A stretch of DNA of 63,998 nucleotides, filler included, from Stramenopiles sp. TOSAG23-3 (Eukaryota), in assembly GCA_900128585.1 (NCBI GenBank). It is 5 parts of 5 records of this genome, joined end to end, with 100 filler letters (N's around TTAATTAATTAA, not from the genome) between each part and the next. Parts side by side here need not be neighbours in the genome. Positions count along the whole stretch, not along the records: positions 13,306 to 26,499 come from LT642637.1; positions 26,600 to 39,784 come from LT642638.1; 3 more parts are not named here. One strand, 5' to 3'. The position numbers and the translations under genes are program-made. Below, in pieces: positions 22,701 through 31,253 of the stretch. Numbering within the stretch: the first letter of the stretch is position 1; the number at the start of each line of letters is the position of its first letter. Below the pieces are notes generated by a model. That model saw nothing but the letters and a program-made list of their open reading frames with translations. It was not told where the DNA came from and did no database searches.

Positions 22701-24102
22701 CATGCTTTTTCGATTCGTAGGTTTTTTTTTCTACGTTTAATTCTGCAAATGCAAGTCTGCGGAAAAGTACAATTTGCTCGAACGTGAAATTTCTCTCTAG
22801 GGACTCCAGGCCCCCATTTTCCGTGAATTTCGCTAACCATGGAGCCCCGAGCTTCCTTTTTCGCAGCTGAATATAACGCCGTTGTTCCAAAATTAGCCTC
22901 ATTACACTACGCCACGACAGACGCCCTCGTCTGTAAACTAAATGAGGCAGACCCACGCGAGCAGGATCTAAGTGCACCTTAATGCAGTGGAAGGCATACT
23001 TCCACCATTTTCGTGGCGCTTGAAGAGGCGACATGTCTGGTCTGCGTCCTTGCAACTGCAGGCGCAGCGTGTAGACATCGCTAGTTTGGATCTTGCTTAA
23101 GACATAAAATATATCTTTGAGGTGACTATCTTTCATTCTCACATTAATCTGTTCAACAGATGCCTCCACAGTATATTTGAAACAACCACTCGAAGCTGCC
23201 TGACTGTCGCACTTGTACCTAGATTGCGAGTTGGTGACACTCACTCTTACTTCAACGGAAGCCGGATCTACAAGGAATACCCTGGATTCTTCTGGAAGAG
23301 AGGAGAAAATTTCTAGCCAGTTTTTTTTCGGGTTTCCCTGACCAGCTTTGAATGCTTCGATCTGTTTTAGAGTGTCAGTGTTTGCTGTGTAGCAGGAGAT
23401 TTTGTTCGCAAAGCCTAGTTTTCTTGTTAGCTCGTCAGCGTCCATGGTGGTCTGTTTCCGCTTGCTGCCGCTTTGTTCAGACGACACAGAGCAAGGTTGC
23501 CACCTCTCGTTAACCCTTTGCAACCCAATTTCCTTTACGTGAACCCCAAAGAGGATCGGCCTACCAAGACGCGTATTAACATCAAAAAAACTAACATTCA
23601 AATTAGTAATGGAAACGTGCAAGTTGTTGAAGAGGCGCTGCAGCATGCGGGTCCGAAACGTTCCGTCGGAATTGCCTGTATCCTTGCTCGTTTTTGAGGA
23701 TTTGGTCTCTTGGTTCCAAGTGCCTTCGTATATATGTTCTTCATAAATCTCAAAAGTTTTTAATTTTCTTTTCTTCACCCCCTGAATTCGTTCCACTGCA
23801 ACCGCTGGATCTTCTGCCCCAGGAAAAATTACACCAATATTTATATTTTCTATATTTACAAGCACCGGCTTTCCACCCGCCGACAAGTTTCTTAAATTCA
23901 AAAAATTGATTTCCAACTTCCCTATTCGTGAGCCTTTTGCAACTTTTAACGGCAAGCCCGTCCATTCTAGCAAATTTTCCTTTACAATAACATTGTTAAG
24001 AACTACCTTGCCCTTCCGGAGAGCCACATTCAAATCACCAGTGTCTTCAACTATCTCACTGAGGTACGCTTTCAACACTTTTGAAAGCACAGCAGCCCAC
24101 AT
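13711..24102 (-). CDS. VPS13: VPS13-family lipid transfer protein
   Basis: Uninterrupted ~3460-aa ORF. Chorein_N start (LKAYLSEIVE, KGKVVLNNV, LPLKV...IGKLEI), WWKYAF, WEPLLEPW, PYWLINRS, MQIDNQL, VLGNPAGLV, FFYEPAQG, GVTGLVVQPYEGAK, and RLRRPR followed by a PH-like end. Confidence 0.95.
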   Translation of the reverse strand: MWAAVLSKVLKAYLSEIVEDTGDLNVALRKGKVVLNNVIVKENLLEWTGLPLKVAKGSRIGKLEINFLNLRNLSAGGKPVLVNIENINIGVIFPGAEDPAVAVERIQGVKKRKLKTFEIYEEHIYEGTWNQETKSSKTSKDTGNSDGTFRTRMLQRLFNNLHVSITNLNVSFFDVNTRLGRPILFGVHVKEIGLQRVNERWQPCSVSSEQSGSKRKQTTMDADELTRKLGFANKISCYTANTDTLKQIEAFKAGQGNPKKNWLEIFSSLPEESRVFLVDPASVEVRVSVTNSQSRYKCDSQAASSGCFKYTVEASVEQINVRMKDSHLKDIFYVLSKIQTSDVYTLRLQLQGRRPDMSPLQAPRKWWKYAFHCIKVHLDPARVGLPHLVYRRGRLSWRSVMRLILEQRRYIQLRKRKLGAPWLAKFTENGGLESLERNFTFEQIVLFRRLAFAELNVEKKTYESKKHGTNMRKVLKIKRSRDKSKHLLSDQQRLQLYEEMLDSEHAMNRTGNGVATGLRPGNNLKKIFPYNILSVELRMKTVSISFLNETTVSEEKFRNKNDGFMTIGFEAILFKITTQSHDPLNFASVASMGYSMRLNCRSMKATDIFNPGSVFPPLMTYDIASEDDEDLFTFSITQKSNMFSKNEVDVRGKAAPIQIVFTPELSSEIKRFLFCVEDNLQFSSESLTKVSAQQIRASIEAKVAVDVNVSIGAPKIIFPADLNDDTMPVFVLDMGVILFASENNVRLSASEYLTEYPEVAEAIDSEVCDFYKLLIIDFGIFVFENANDLKIQNRTLEILNLSNIVTAVNVSLVPEDDRIPLVSTNCELPELVLGVSRRHFSIFVEMFESYCNHLSHANVSIIGTVEDYLPKNPIEIKGNWKNANEVKKGFNGDVRSPIGKILYTNRICSQKLSLIVHALEGNGELFHLNILDVLLNRVSRSFDSSISLNISKIDAVDCQETVNPTFFRLLPISVKDEQAQDANKDVGAAKLTLFACNPVSSNFSGLTTYLSIGMGKVEINWNHETVSKLISLASDRKKSTANPLQQETASSESGKIKHKLHEQYHSGSVLISCNVMFVDLYLNESCSNRSITKIALAKSNFDYQVLQNCDSSLIVKVGSISMYDTSLRNHGGHIPPKVDLNENILDAPSNSSKTITPRMFGLKKNEDAFLDIQYRHTQVRDTVVIKAGSVELVFLHTLFVRIVEYVDSGITGVVAAFVAREARAVFEEIHPPLNQLSLEAVVDHPIIVLPAVRHSYDPVRDDKFKIDMGKLKVIKNEAKAVGAYKVFISDASLVSSAKGTGQFWKNDVKMVDNFSTSIEVEIKPNGWTSANVSPNFFVDGVAHKIPSNNVSVFVEVSNIEMVASQSQFAMLENFFAWNCVDWRQGKAKHAAPKLPLFADAAQQNAYNLVMDNRPNVVKLLIHVETSSLFMQRGWGRHMMSSSCPPKVLFRMDIFGVKINLRHYIGRVMKISATVNDCTLRDLGAEFSRDKLEKKSETDQIVFSFHRVSEIPCEINLTKYPAADLDLKVTLRDFCSTIYLPTALTFVNFFVSAHDYDEGGCDAGCQVFYRLPEEKITAGERHGIISECFDDYTFNILLNGTDPNGADKLYHRLSKSFIRSHQRVHRFVNRKISTSLLVKFTNAKISVVDTELSKVPFKERPALVFVGDFKVTAARDRKASSKMQVDLNGIQICQKFANLETEHPIVEDCEIVFNFSQYVFAPEEAKIDNKRSVSKKPVYYDQLEIKVEQFNCTLGIPHIQVILKIAQSLLDLFNRTEEMKDRSITSFCPTAVDHSLVNTTRWTIISPESFGRYSERLNAPVLEIQRISEQVGRESDINVVMNASNMRVIIVSDSYKRGNTVPILRMRISNACAKVALPSGQDKAIKILFLDSMKGNSIAHSDKKLRTGISVYVYNPNVVTWEPLLEPWAFSVDCCFPHDGETFDSGHRPSRVDVRSSEDFCLNLSHAFVTLFHMWWESELSLIGVNDDNIKIIEPSSTLHYEYSLENATGLPLQFDHNGMTKKVDVVPGGVAPFSFPQTLIHEKWYENPWTNIQGAAISVDLNLPVKQLQKVQVQKIGRFVYDLQSIESNLGHETSELEKMFLKKEWTLPKVLCDVSLQGGSLMVRLASLTRVVNKTSTALEVLLCGGPAAAVVKILRPMESYSLPIHLMHHGRLTVRPVGAESYTDYLWWEGVDLFPLFSGVSDDAVTKNVLCSAENCETADWVAYIKCFQIKATNSQQNYFELILFSPVKLVNALPYPIFLRMKSNKSQVQLWNGLLQAGCSTEVNCSPLQENDLTLFFSFNGSVWSKEAHIEDWRRIEKRKAFLRKNREVEVAVPPDNSITVPWPTSLRKVKPLRLCIDNSIKDFGREVVLFCPYWLINRSMLSLSYAGDNPVETKVENPVEFSTHEFQSKPRKLIKRLSFSEFLSPVKHKESSTDAAESSPDAAESAQDPEPKRPERKSKSDGNARPILYASSDRLSIAVDGADFSEHFSINTAGTDGCVSCVERKGNAVSRLLSSASQKGGITKHLSSHIIRRLYQIGVSIRSAPGVFRRSTMVIFAPKYFVINRMKQNLQVTQAQIHRTTNFVAEQNMANVSLYQNEMLNLKPGTGEPFHWYKADVSSAEAFEIVVRIEGDGWLWSGSFSIANVRGMAIKLRNRITGEIVVIRIQIKSEDTTSYILIADENDSFPLYKFVNRSDELIHFHQKSISGDNGVVERIFPGESKIFGWDFPSEPNKLLILSNRSGLGQTEYRLDEIGMKKSILGAPSGKRRTRIDVYTEVHGPTKALIFNGRAKARQARAGTLASAPSSVKTSARLRSPSDGAVGRPVTVEQSGKSGNTCKLIFTVGLSNAKICLINADPQEVALISLMDMVVVYGKWTQKDQTLEFLLKDMQIDNQLTMSIFPVLLTPIPNRNNKLPFFHMSVAKPHVNDEVEFFSYVSLLVQEFQISIDRDSLEILGEFVFSIGDILEATRVRSTDTETTGKEEFDPFKVGLVNLNLSDTLFKAVNSDEEIRTEIYYRIFNPHRQVYVQLMHLHPLKMRLKFAATTQRNLDYARDHRYPRVADEMYGKSILPPSLLSLLVDIDNAPIRMNAMLHTDVFVDLNTLRTSIQQHYIGQAKADLYRIIGAVDVLGNPAGLVRGLGTGMADFFYEPAQGLIRSPGAFGLGLARGTYSLVSGIVGGALNTASKLSGGVGSGLAQLSFDSAYKEKRKILKHEEAPKDIAEGVIYGTKALGKGLFLGVTGLVVQPYEGAKSAGVHGFLKGVAKGIVGIAIKPTVGVLDSASNLTQGISGTATALMLKPRLIRLRRPRLMYSRDRILKVYKEEEAYVKELMESVLSHRPFEASKGFHPNFYVTHVGLPYAKLLLVTTEFVALWSCQAFLDGLDNSPKITWSIRLKDVTHINVTTSGKAVTLSKKVLFKNKGKLMYKISNFIIPSGSEITTAAVLSRLHTVVLQSQEEGR

Positions 24103-24361
24103 ACCATTCTCCTCTAACAATTACGTAGAGGCAAGGATAACAATCTGTTAGAATACAAAAGATAAAAAAATGACGTAGTTTGCAAAATCTAAATGCCACA
24201 AAAACAAATACTTTTTAAGAAATTCAACTTCTGTTCCGAAGCGGGGAAAGGATATCGTCCACTTTTTCTCTACAACGTGTCAAGCGTGCTTTTGTATTTT
24301 GTTTTCTTCAACACAAAATTATTATTATTATTATTAATTACTTTTTTTTTCTTCCTCTTCT

Positions 24362-24393
<32 letters not shown>

Positions 24394-24637
24394 TTCTTCT
24401 TCTTCTTCTTCTTCTTCTTCTTCTTCTTCTTCTTTTCTTCTTCTTCTTCTTCACAAGGACACAGTATTGGTAGTACATTAAAATAAATTTTGTGATTTGA
24501 AAATTTAAAATTATACTGTCGTATACTTCGTATTTTCTGAGTACAAATATGATAGGGTATTTAGTATCATTAGTATACAATGGGATAAGATGAGGGTCGG
24601 TCCATTATTATTAATAGTAAAATTTTTGTTGACTGTT

Positions 24638-25780
24638 TTACTCTTTCTTCTTTGAGCTTTGTTGTATGTTAAAATCATTCCCTGTACTCGTTACGATTTT
24701 TGGAAAAGTCTTCTGCCGGCTGCTTTTTCTCGCATTTCTCGTCCTTTTCATATCACTCAATTGACATATATACCACGTCGCGTCATTTAATGCGCCCCAA
24801 TCCACAACAGTGTCGTCGAAATGGACCGTGCGCGTTGGGTGCTGTTGATCAGTTTTTGAAAGCTTTGAGCAAACGTGTATTCCAAAATCTATCCCGTCGA
24901 CCGTGCCCTCTTCTACTTCAACCGCTACGATGTCTCCATCTGCAAAATGAGCCAATAACGTCATCCACAGTCTGCTGACAGACAACGTCTCGCCAGCACA
25001 CAAGACATTGGTCGCACATCCCGTCAATGCATAAACTATATTGGTAAATTCCAAAGATGGGAGGTTCTCATACCCGCCCGCAAAAGCTGCGATCCCCTTT
25101 TCTAGCAGCACCGGCCAGCATTCTCCTTCCGAAGAACCCCCCCAATCATCATTATTTCCAAATATTGGGACCACATCACTAATATTATACGACATAATCT
25201 TCCCCGCGTCGTACAGCCGAACATTGTACACTGAAGGTAGTCCCCCAATGGGTTTATTTCCACCAGGGAACGTGGCAGTATATCGTGTATCTTCAGCGCT
25301 TTCCACTCTTTCTTCAGCCGCGACTATGCAGTCCTTAATCGTAAACGATGAGTGTGACAGGACCCGAAATGCCGAGTACATGTTCAAAAATATTTCACTC
25401 CTCAATCCTTTTGAAATTCGGTGCATTTTACGGCCAGAGTAGAAAAGTACGGCGGGCTCACGCAAATATTCCGGGACGTTTTGGTCAACAACTACTCTAG
25501 GAGCCCTCTCCCAGGTTACAGGATAACCGCATAGTGCTTGAGGAAACTTGAACTCTTTGCGACTTTTGGAGATTTCCATCATAGTAAAACTAGCATTCTT
25601 TTCAGGCTCATCTGCAACTTTCAACGACCCTTTTTTATGTACAGATACAGCAACTTCGTCCGGCTCTATACATTCCGGCTCATGATGACTGGTCGAGCGA
25701 CCAGAGTGAACCGGCTGGGCTGGACGCTCCTGGACCCCACTACTTTTAGCGAAACAGCAAGAAAATATACTTTTCGGCAT
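24638..25780 (-). CDS. Calpain-like (CysPc) protein, probably catalytically inactive
   Basis: YNVRLYDAG, ECWPVLLEKGIAAFAGGYENL and ALTG match the calpain core. The QGxLGDCW and RNPWG motifs are absent. The N-terminus has SCCF. ATG at 25780; an alternative ATG lies at 25885. Confidence 0.7.
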   Translation of the reverse strand: MPKSIFSCCFAKSSGVQERPAQPVHSGRSTSHHEPECIEPDEVAVSVHKKGSLKVADEPEKNASFTMMEISKSRKEFKFPQALCGYPVTWERAPRVVVDQNVPEYLREPAVLFYSGRKMHRISKGLRSEIFLNMYSAFRVLSHSSFTIKDCIVAAEERVESAEDTRYTATFPGGNKPIGGLPSVYNVRLYDAGKIMSYNISDVVPIFGNNDDWGGSSEGECWPVLLEKGIAAFAGGYENLPSLEFTNIVYALTGCATNVLCAGETLSVSRLWMTLLAHFADGDIVAVEVEEGTVDGIDFGIHVCSKLSKTDQQHPTRTVHFDDTVVDWGALNDATWYICQLSDMKRTRNARKSSRQKTFPKIVTSTGNDFNIQQSSKKKE

Positions 25781-26352
25781 ATTGTCGTTGGTATCTTTCA
25801 GGCTTTTCGCGATGAAAGAAAACAGACGAAGCGGGTTAATTAAAAAAAAAAGGAAGAAAAAAAGAAGTGTAGACGATCCACTCATAGGTATTAATAATAC
25901 AGGTAGGTTCGGATTCGGAAGTCATCTAATTTGCATCCCTTCTTCGGTCTAAAATTATAACAACAACTATTCTTATTATTTTTTGTTGGTAGTAATAAGT
26001 ACGGGTACGGTGGAACGGGTATTACGGAACGGGTAGGGAATAACAATAGTAGTCTTTCTAATATTATATATACGGTATGATAGTAAAATAATAATAATAA
26101 TAATATTCTTCAACAAAAAACGCGATTGATTGAATGAAACGAATATTGAAATAGATTTTGAACGGGAAGTAGATTGAAGAAGTCACATGAATGAAATTAG
26201 CAACATCCAGGTTGTTGTATCTACAGCAAACTAATATTTTATAACAAGCATTTTGCACAAACCAAAGGTGCAGACAACTTCTTAGAATCTGTTTGAAGGA
26301 GTCTTATGTTCCTCAAAGGAAAGAGGCAGTAGAATTAACCGAGGTGTTAGCA

Positions 26353-26499
26353 ATGTTAGTTAAGATCCTGGCACTCTTCGTGTTGTTGGGCACGTCGGTG
26401 CGTGCGGTAAATCCTGTTTTAGGAAAAGATGAGGCAAAAAATGTTTTTCAAATTATTGATGCGAATGGGGACGGGAAAATTTCGCCTTTAGAGCTACGA
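26353..26499 (+). CDS. Secretory EF-hand protein, 3' truncated by contig end
   Basis: Signal peptide-like MLVKILALFVLLGTSVRA followed by a canonical EF-hand, FQIIDANGDGKISPLEL. Confidence 0.7.
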
Positions 26500-26599
26500 N
26501 NNNNNNNNNNNNNNNNNNNNNNNNNNNNNNNNNNNNNNNNNNNTTAATTAATTAANNNNNNNNNNNNNNNNNNNNNNNNNNNNNNNNNNNNNNNNNNNN
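26500..26599. other. Artificial contig linker
   Basis: N44-TTAATTAATTAA-N44. Confidence 0.97.
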
Positions 26600-27235
26600 T
26601 CCCTTTCGTTTTCTCTTTGAGGTCGCAACACCAGACCCTTCCCCTTCCTCCTGGCCATTCTCCGAAGAGGACGAAGAGCTCAGGTAGTCGCTTTCTTCCC
26701 CCTCTACACCGTACGCATCACCGAGTTCCATAATGTTTGAATCTGCATTGTCCTCCAGCGCATACATAATACTCAAACCCTCCAGCTGCTCGTTCCTGGC
26801 TCGTAATCGTTCCATTTCTTTCTTCACCCACTTTGCGTCCATGGGGCTGACTGGGGCTGGCTGTATCAGCGCTTGGGCTTCCATATCACTAATTGTTTTC
26901 TTTAATTGCTTGATCTGCTTGTCTTTGTCATTGATCTGCGCCATCTGTTGAGTAAGGATTCTGCGAGCGTCGGTAAAACGCTTCTTGTACTCATCGTTCG
27001 TTGCCCCCGTTTCCTTCAACCTGCCGTGGAGCATTAGGGCCCAGTCCAACAGTTGTTGGCTTATGCCGCTTACAAATGCGGAGTATACTACATTCTGTTG
27101 TTGCGTCGGCACGCCTTTCATCGCCCGCTCGCATATCAGGTCTAACCTATCGCCCTCATACAGTCTTAAATCAAACGGCCCCCTATTTTTATTGACCGTA
27201 ACCCTCACCGTCAAATGTTCTGGCACATTTGACAT
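26600..27235 (-). CDS. Hypothetical coiled-coil protein, 3' truncated
   Basis: ATG ORF of >210 aa with heptad-rich segments, running into the contig edge. Confidence 0.6.
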
Positions 27236-28070
27236 TCTACCTCTATGAAAACAAATTCAACGTTTCGTCCAAATGTCCCGAATCAGCGTACGCTTTCAAA
27301 CGTAACACGTTTTCTTTCTTTTGCCTCCACTGTTTATTATTCATTGCTGCAATAAAAAGAAAAAAGTTTAAAGAAGAAGAAAAGGTAAAGTTATTATATT
27401 GATCATGGGCGTGTAAAAGTCACCAAAGCAGGTTTCGTTGTTTTGATTGATGATGTCAATATAATAATTTTTTAGTAGTAATATATATAGTTTATGTTCG
27501 TAGTACACTGGGGGGTCCGGGATTATTATTAATACCTGATGTTGTCAGGTTCCGTACCTGGTAGGTACCTGGTACCGTAGTAGTATTGAAAATATGACAA
27601 CAATAATAGTAAAAAATATATGAGTATAACCGTTAAAAGAAAGAAGAAAATAAGAAAATCAAGAAGATCACATCACATCTCACATCGGCCTTCAAAATAC
27701 TATTTTTAATATTATTTAAAACCATCATGACTATATGAAAGAAAAGAAGATAGATTCATCACTCATCATCGCGACCATACATATTATATATTTCTTCTTT
27801 TTTTTCTAAAAAATATTAATAAAATAATAATAAAACAACCAACAACAACAACACAACAACAAACACAAACAACCCCAATTTTGTTTAATTCACATCATCC
27901 TATAAAAATGAATTATCCTCGTTTACCTTTATAGATTACAGGAAGAAATTTCTTACGTGTTATCAAGAACTCGTGGTTTATATATCTGTGTAAACTTTTG
28001 GGGAAGAAATTTGGAAAGTAGGCATGATCGATGGTCATCGGTCATTGGACATTGGACGTGCTTTTTTAAT

Positions 28071-29171
28071 ATGGATGTGAATCATTGGACGCGCATCACC
28101 ATTGCATTTTTTTTGGTTGCCGGGATTGGCGCAGCAGCGCCAATTGATAACATTTTTGTCCGGTTGAAATCACCGCGGGGTAAGCATAAAAGCGGCGACG
28201 GGAATTTGTTTGTCCAGCCGGAGGTTTTAAGGGGCACGGTCCCGGATGAAGCAACGTGGTGCGTAACGCTTCTCCCGTTCGCGGATGTGTACAAGGATAG
28301 GGAGGTTTTTGAAAACAGAGTGTGCCTGGATCGCACGGGACCGCTGCTGGATGAAATTGGACTTCGTTTGAATGACATTCCTTCCGGAGTTTACAGGTTG
28401 TACTTATCATTTTTGTTCCCGAATGGCTTTTTTATCTTAAGGTACCCAAAACATGTTCAAGCGGAGTACCCAGAGATCGAAATCCTGGACGAAGAGAAAG
28501 TGACCACCGATTACCACGTGTGGTACTCGGACAGAGCCGGCATGCCAGGTGCGTATCATCCGACGTTTCTGGGCGTTCCCGTGCAAAAGAGTTTGACCGA
28601 CTTATGGGTCTTTCAAGAAATTTTATGGGAGCTTAAACCGCGTTTAGTAATCGAATTTGGCACCCTTCATGGTGGTTCTGCGTTGTACCTATCGAATACT
28701 CTACGGAACGTGTTGGCAGCGCAAGTTGGGAACGCCCATTTCAAAGTACTGACGGTCGATTACGATTCGGATAACATTCATCCCCGCGCACGAGAAGATG
28801 AAAACATTCACATTATGACGAGTTCGTCAATCTCGGAGCGTTCCGAACGGGTGGTAAAAGAGTTGTTGAGCAATGCATCCAGGGTGTCTCCGGCCATCGT
28901 GTTTTTGGATTCCATGCACACAAAAGAACATGTTCTAAGAGAAATGGAAATGGTTTCCAAATACATGAAACGAGGGGATTATCTTGTTGTAGAAGACACG
29001 CACCACAATTACCACCCTATTGGTTACTCGGACAACTTTGGGGATGGCCCATTCGAAGCCGTCAATGAGTTTGATGAGAGGCACCCAGATATGTTTATTC
29101 ACGACAAAAAACGTGAAACTAAATTCGGCTTTAGTTGGAACGTAAATGGTTATCTAATAAAAGCTAATTGA
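28071..29171 (+). CDS. CmcI (cephalosporin hydroxylase / rhamnosyl O-methyltransferase family) SAM-dependent methyltransferase with N-terminal signal or anchor
   Basis: FLGVPVQKSLTDLWVFQEILWELKPRLVIEFGTLHGGSALY, VFLDSMHTKEHVLREM, GDYLVVEDT, GPFEAVNEF and NGYL motifs. Hydrophobic N-terminus. Confidence 0.85.
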   Translation: MDVNHWTRITIAFFLVAGIGAAAPIDNIFVRLKSPRGKHKSGDGNLFVQPEVLRGTVPDEATWCVTLLPFADVYKDREVFENRVCLDRTGPLLDEIGLRLNDIPSGVYRLYLSFLFPNGFFILRYPKHVQAEYPEIEILDEEKVTTDYHVWYSDRAGMPGAYHPTFLGVPVQKSLTDLWVFQEILWELKPRLVIEFGTLHGGSALYLSNTLRNVLAAQVGNAHFKVLTVDYDSDNIHPRAREDENIHIMTSSSISERSERVVKELLSNASRVSPAIVFLDSMHTKEHVLREMEMVSKYMKRGDYLVVEDTHHNYHPIGYSDNFGDGPFEAVNEFDERHPDMFIHDKKRETKFGFSWNVNGYLIKAN

Positions 29172-29288
29172 TGCCATCCTTTTGGTTGTTATTATTAGTA
29201 GGGTTTAAGATGATTTTTATATCTTTCTTTCTATCATCATATATTTTATATCATATTAAGAATATTGTATTTTAACCATTCACAACAA

Positions 29289-29590
29289 AGAAGAAGAAGA
29301 AAAGAAGAAGAAAGAAGAAGAAGAAGAAGAAGAAGAAGAAGAAGAAGAAGAAGAAGAAGAAGAAGAAGAAGAAGAAGANNNNNNNNNNNNNNNNNNNNNN
29401 NNNNNNNNNNNNNNNNNNNNNNNNNNNNNNNNNNNNNNNNNNNNNNNNNNNNNNNNNNNNNNNNNNNNNNNNNNNNNNNNNNNNNNNNNNNNNGAAGAAG
29501 AAGAAGAAGAAGAAGAAGAAGAAGAAGAAAGAAGAAAGAAGAAGAAGAAAGAAGAAAGAAGAAGAAGAAGAAGAAGAAGAAAAGAAGACG
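29289..29590. repeat. (GAA)n microsatellite spanning a scaffold gap (N 29379-29493)
   Basis: Direct reading of the sequence. Confidence 0.9.
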
Positions 29591-29825
29591 ATTATATAAT
29601 ATATAACTGAAGTAAATGTTTCCATTTGTTGATTGTAAAGTAAATGTTTATATAAAAAAACAAATCATATGAATATAAGAATTCTGAATCAATATCAAGT
29701 AAAATTTACATTTCTTTAATAGGAGGCGCACCATGCATTAATGTTTTGCCACGAACGGTGTATTCAATGATTGGTTGAAGATTAAGAATATTCGTGTGGC
29801 GTTGGTGATACTGGGTTTGTTCCGA

Positions 29826-30995
29826 ATGCTTGTGCTACTGCTGCTGATGTGCGGGGCGCTCGTGGTGGGCACACAGGGCGACAACCGACTCGCAACGTGC
29901 CAAGCCTCAACACATTTTGAGTGTGGGCGACAAATTGGTGAGCAACAAGCTCGTCGCATCGCCAGCACCCTGCGTACAAAGTACGCGGCAACTTTAGTCG
30001 AATTTGTCTCAACATCAAGAGGGAGTGAACTGTACCAAGTTTACCTTGGCTTGCATGCAGATGTCTATCCTCACCTGTTGGAGGAGATCAAGGGTACTGC
30101 TGCAGGCGCTAAAGTACCATTCCGGTCGTTGTTTGCGCTGAATATAGAGTTTGAGCTGATCTCCAAGAGCAACTTATCCACGGGCGGTTTTCGAAAAGGA
30201 TGCAGCGATTTTCACTTGTCGCAACCGACCATCAACGCATGGGGACACAACGAAGACGGCGACGCGGCAGACCGTGAGAATGGTTTTTACTTCGTGTCGA
30301 GTACCGTGCAAAATCGGTCGTATTTTGCGTTCGCGTATACGGGGCGACTACCAGGGTGGGCCTGGGGCTTCAACAATTTCATTGTTCAGACCGTGAATGG
30401 CTTGTACGTGCCACCGAATACGAAGCCTGGTTTAGGAATAAATTTCGTTGCCAGAGATTTGCTGTCGTCTTCTTCTCTCGAAGATGCGATAGACCGCGCG
30501 TCCAGCAATGAAATGGACGGTGGAAGCCACTTCAACCTAGGCAGCCTTCGGGGGGGTCGGGAACGTGTTTCCGTTGAAACTTCGTGGCAAGGCACTACGG
30601 TATCGCCCATTGAGCCACCATGGTACGCTCACTTCAACGCATATTTGCACACAGACAAACCCCCCCTAGGTGATTATATCTCTAGCATTTATCGATTGGC
30701 GCGTGTGTCCACGCTCGCCACGCGCACTGGTCCGCACGCAGTGACTTCGAACATGTACTCGATCTTAGATGTCCTGGGAGACAATGCAACGTTTCCATAC
30801 TGCGTCTTTCGTTGCAACACGAACGAAGATCCGTACGTTACCTTTTTGACATTACTCGTCGACCTGTCGGACAATGCATCGCTGCGCATTTACACTTCGC
30901 AAACATCTAGCGCAGCAAAGGACAAAACATGGGTTGAATTTAATTTGCAGACGGTTAACATCTCGCAAATTATGTTGCCTCCTTTTCCCTATTAA
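29826..30995 (+). CDS. Secreted peptidase C45 / Ntn-hydrolase (AAT/Tan family)
   Basis: Signal peptide, HFECGRQIG, YPHLLEEIKGTAAGA, autoproteolysis site G|CSD, WGHNED, and YTGRLPG...GFN. Confidence 0.85.
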   Translation: MLVLLLLMCGALVVGTQGDNRLATCQASTHFECGRQIGEQQARRIASTLRTKYAATLVEFVSTSRGSELYQVYLGLHADVYPHLLEEIKGTAAGAKVPFRSLFALNIEFELISKSNLSTGGFRKGCSDFHLSQPTINAWGHNEDGDAADRENGFYFVSSTVQNRSYFAFAYTGRLPGWAWGFNNFIVQTVNGLYVPPNTKPGLGINFVARDLLSSSSLEDAIDRASSNEMDGGSHFNLGSLRGGRERVSVETSWQGTTVSPIEPPWYAHFNAYLHTDKPPLGDYISSIYRLARVSTLATRTGPHAVTSNMYSILDVLGDNATFPYCVFRCNTNEDPYVTFLTLLVDLSDNASLRIYTSQTSSAAKDKTWVEFNLQTVNISQIMLPPFPY

Positions 30996-31253
30996 AGCAA
31001 AAATTGATTCGTTTTGCCACAAAATTTCTTAACCCGCGAGAGTTTATTTTAAAATTCTAAAACTTGATTTTGTAATTTTGTTTCGTTGGTTGTCAATCAC
31101 CGAGGAGATTATGAACTAAAAAAGTTATTTTTTAAAACAAAAAAATACATCACAATCTTGTTGAGATATGGGAGATTAATTTCCTCACAAGTACTACTTT
31201 TTACACTGTTAGAATTATAAACACGGGTGAACACTTCTCTACCTCTTTCCTTT

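Noticed and set aside
28071-30995. Beta-lactam biosynthetic cluster (CmcI plus acyltransferase-family names)
   Set aside because: No ACV synthetase or isopenicillin N synthase is present. Both families are broad and the family names alone do not imply that pathway.
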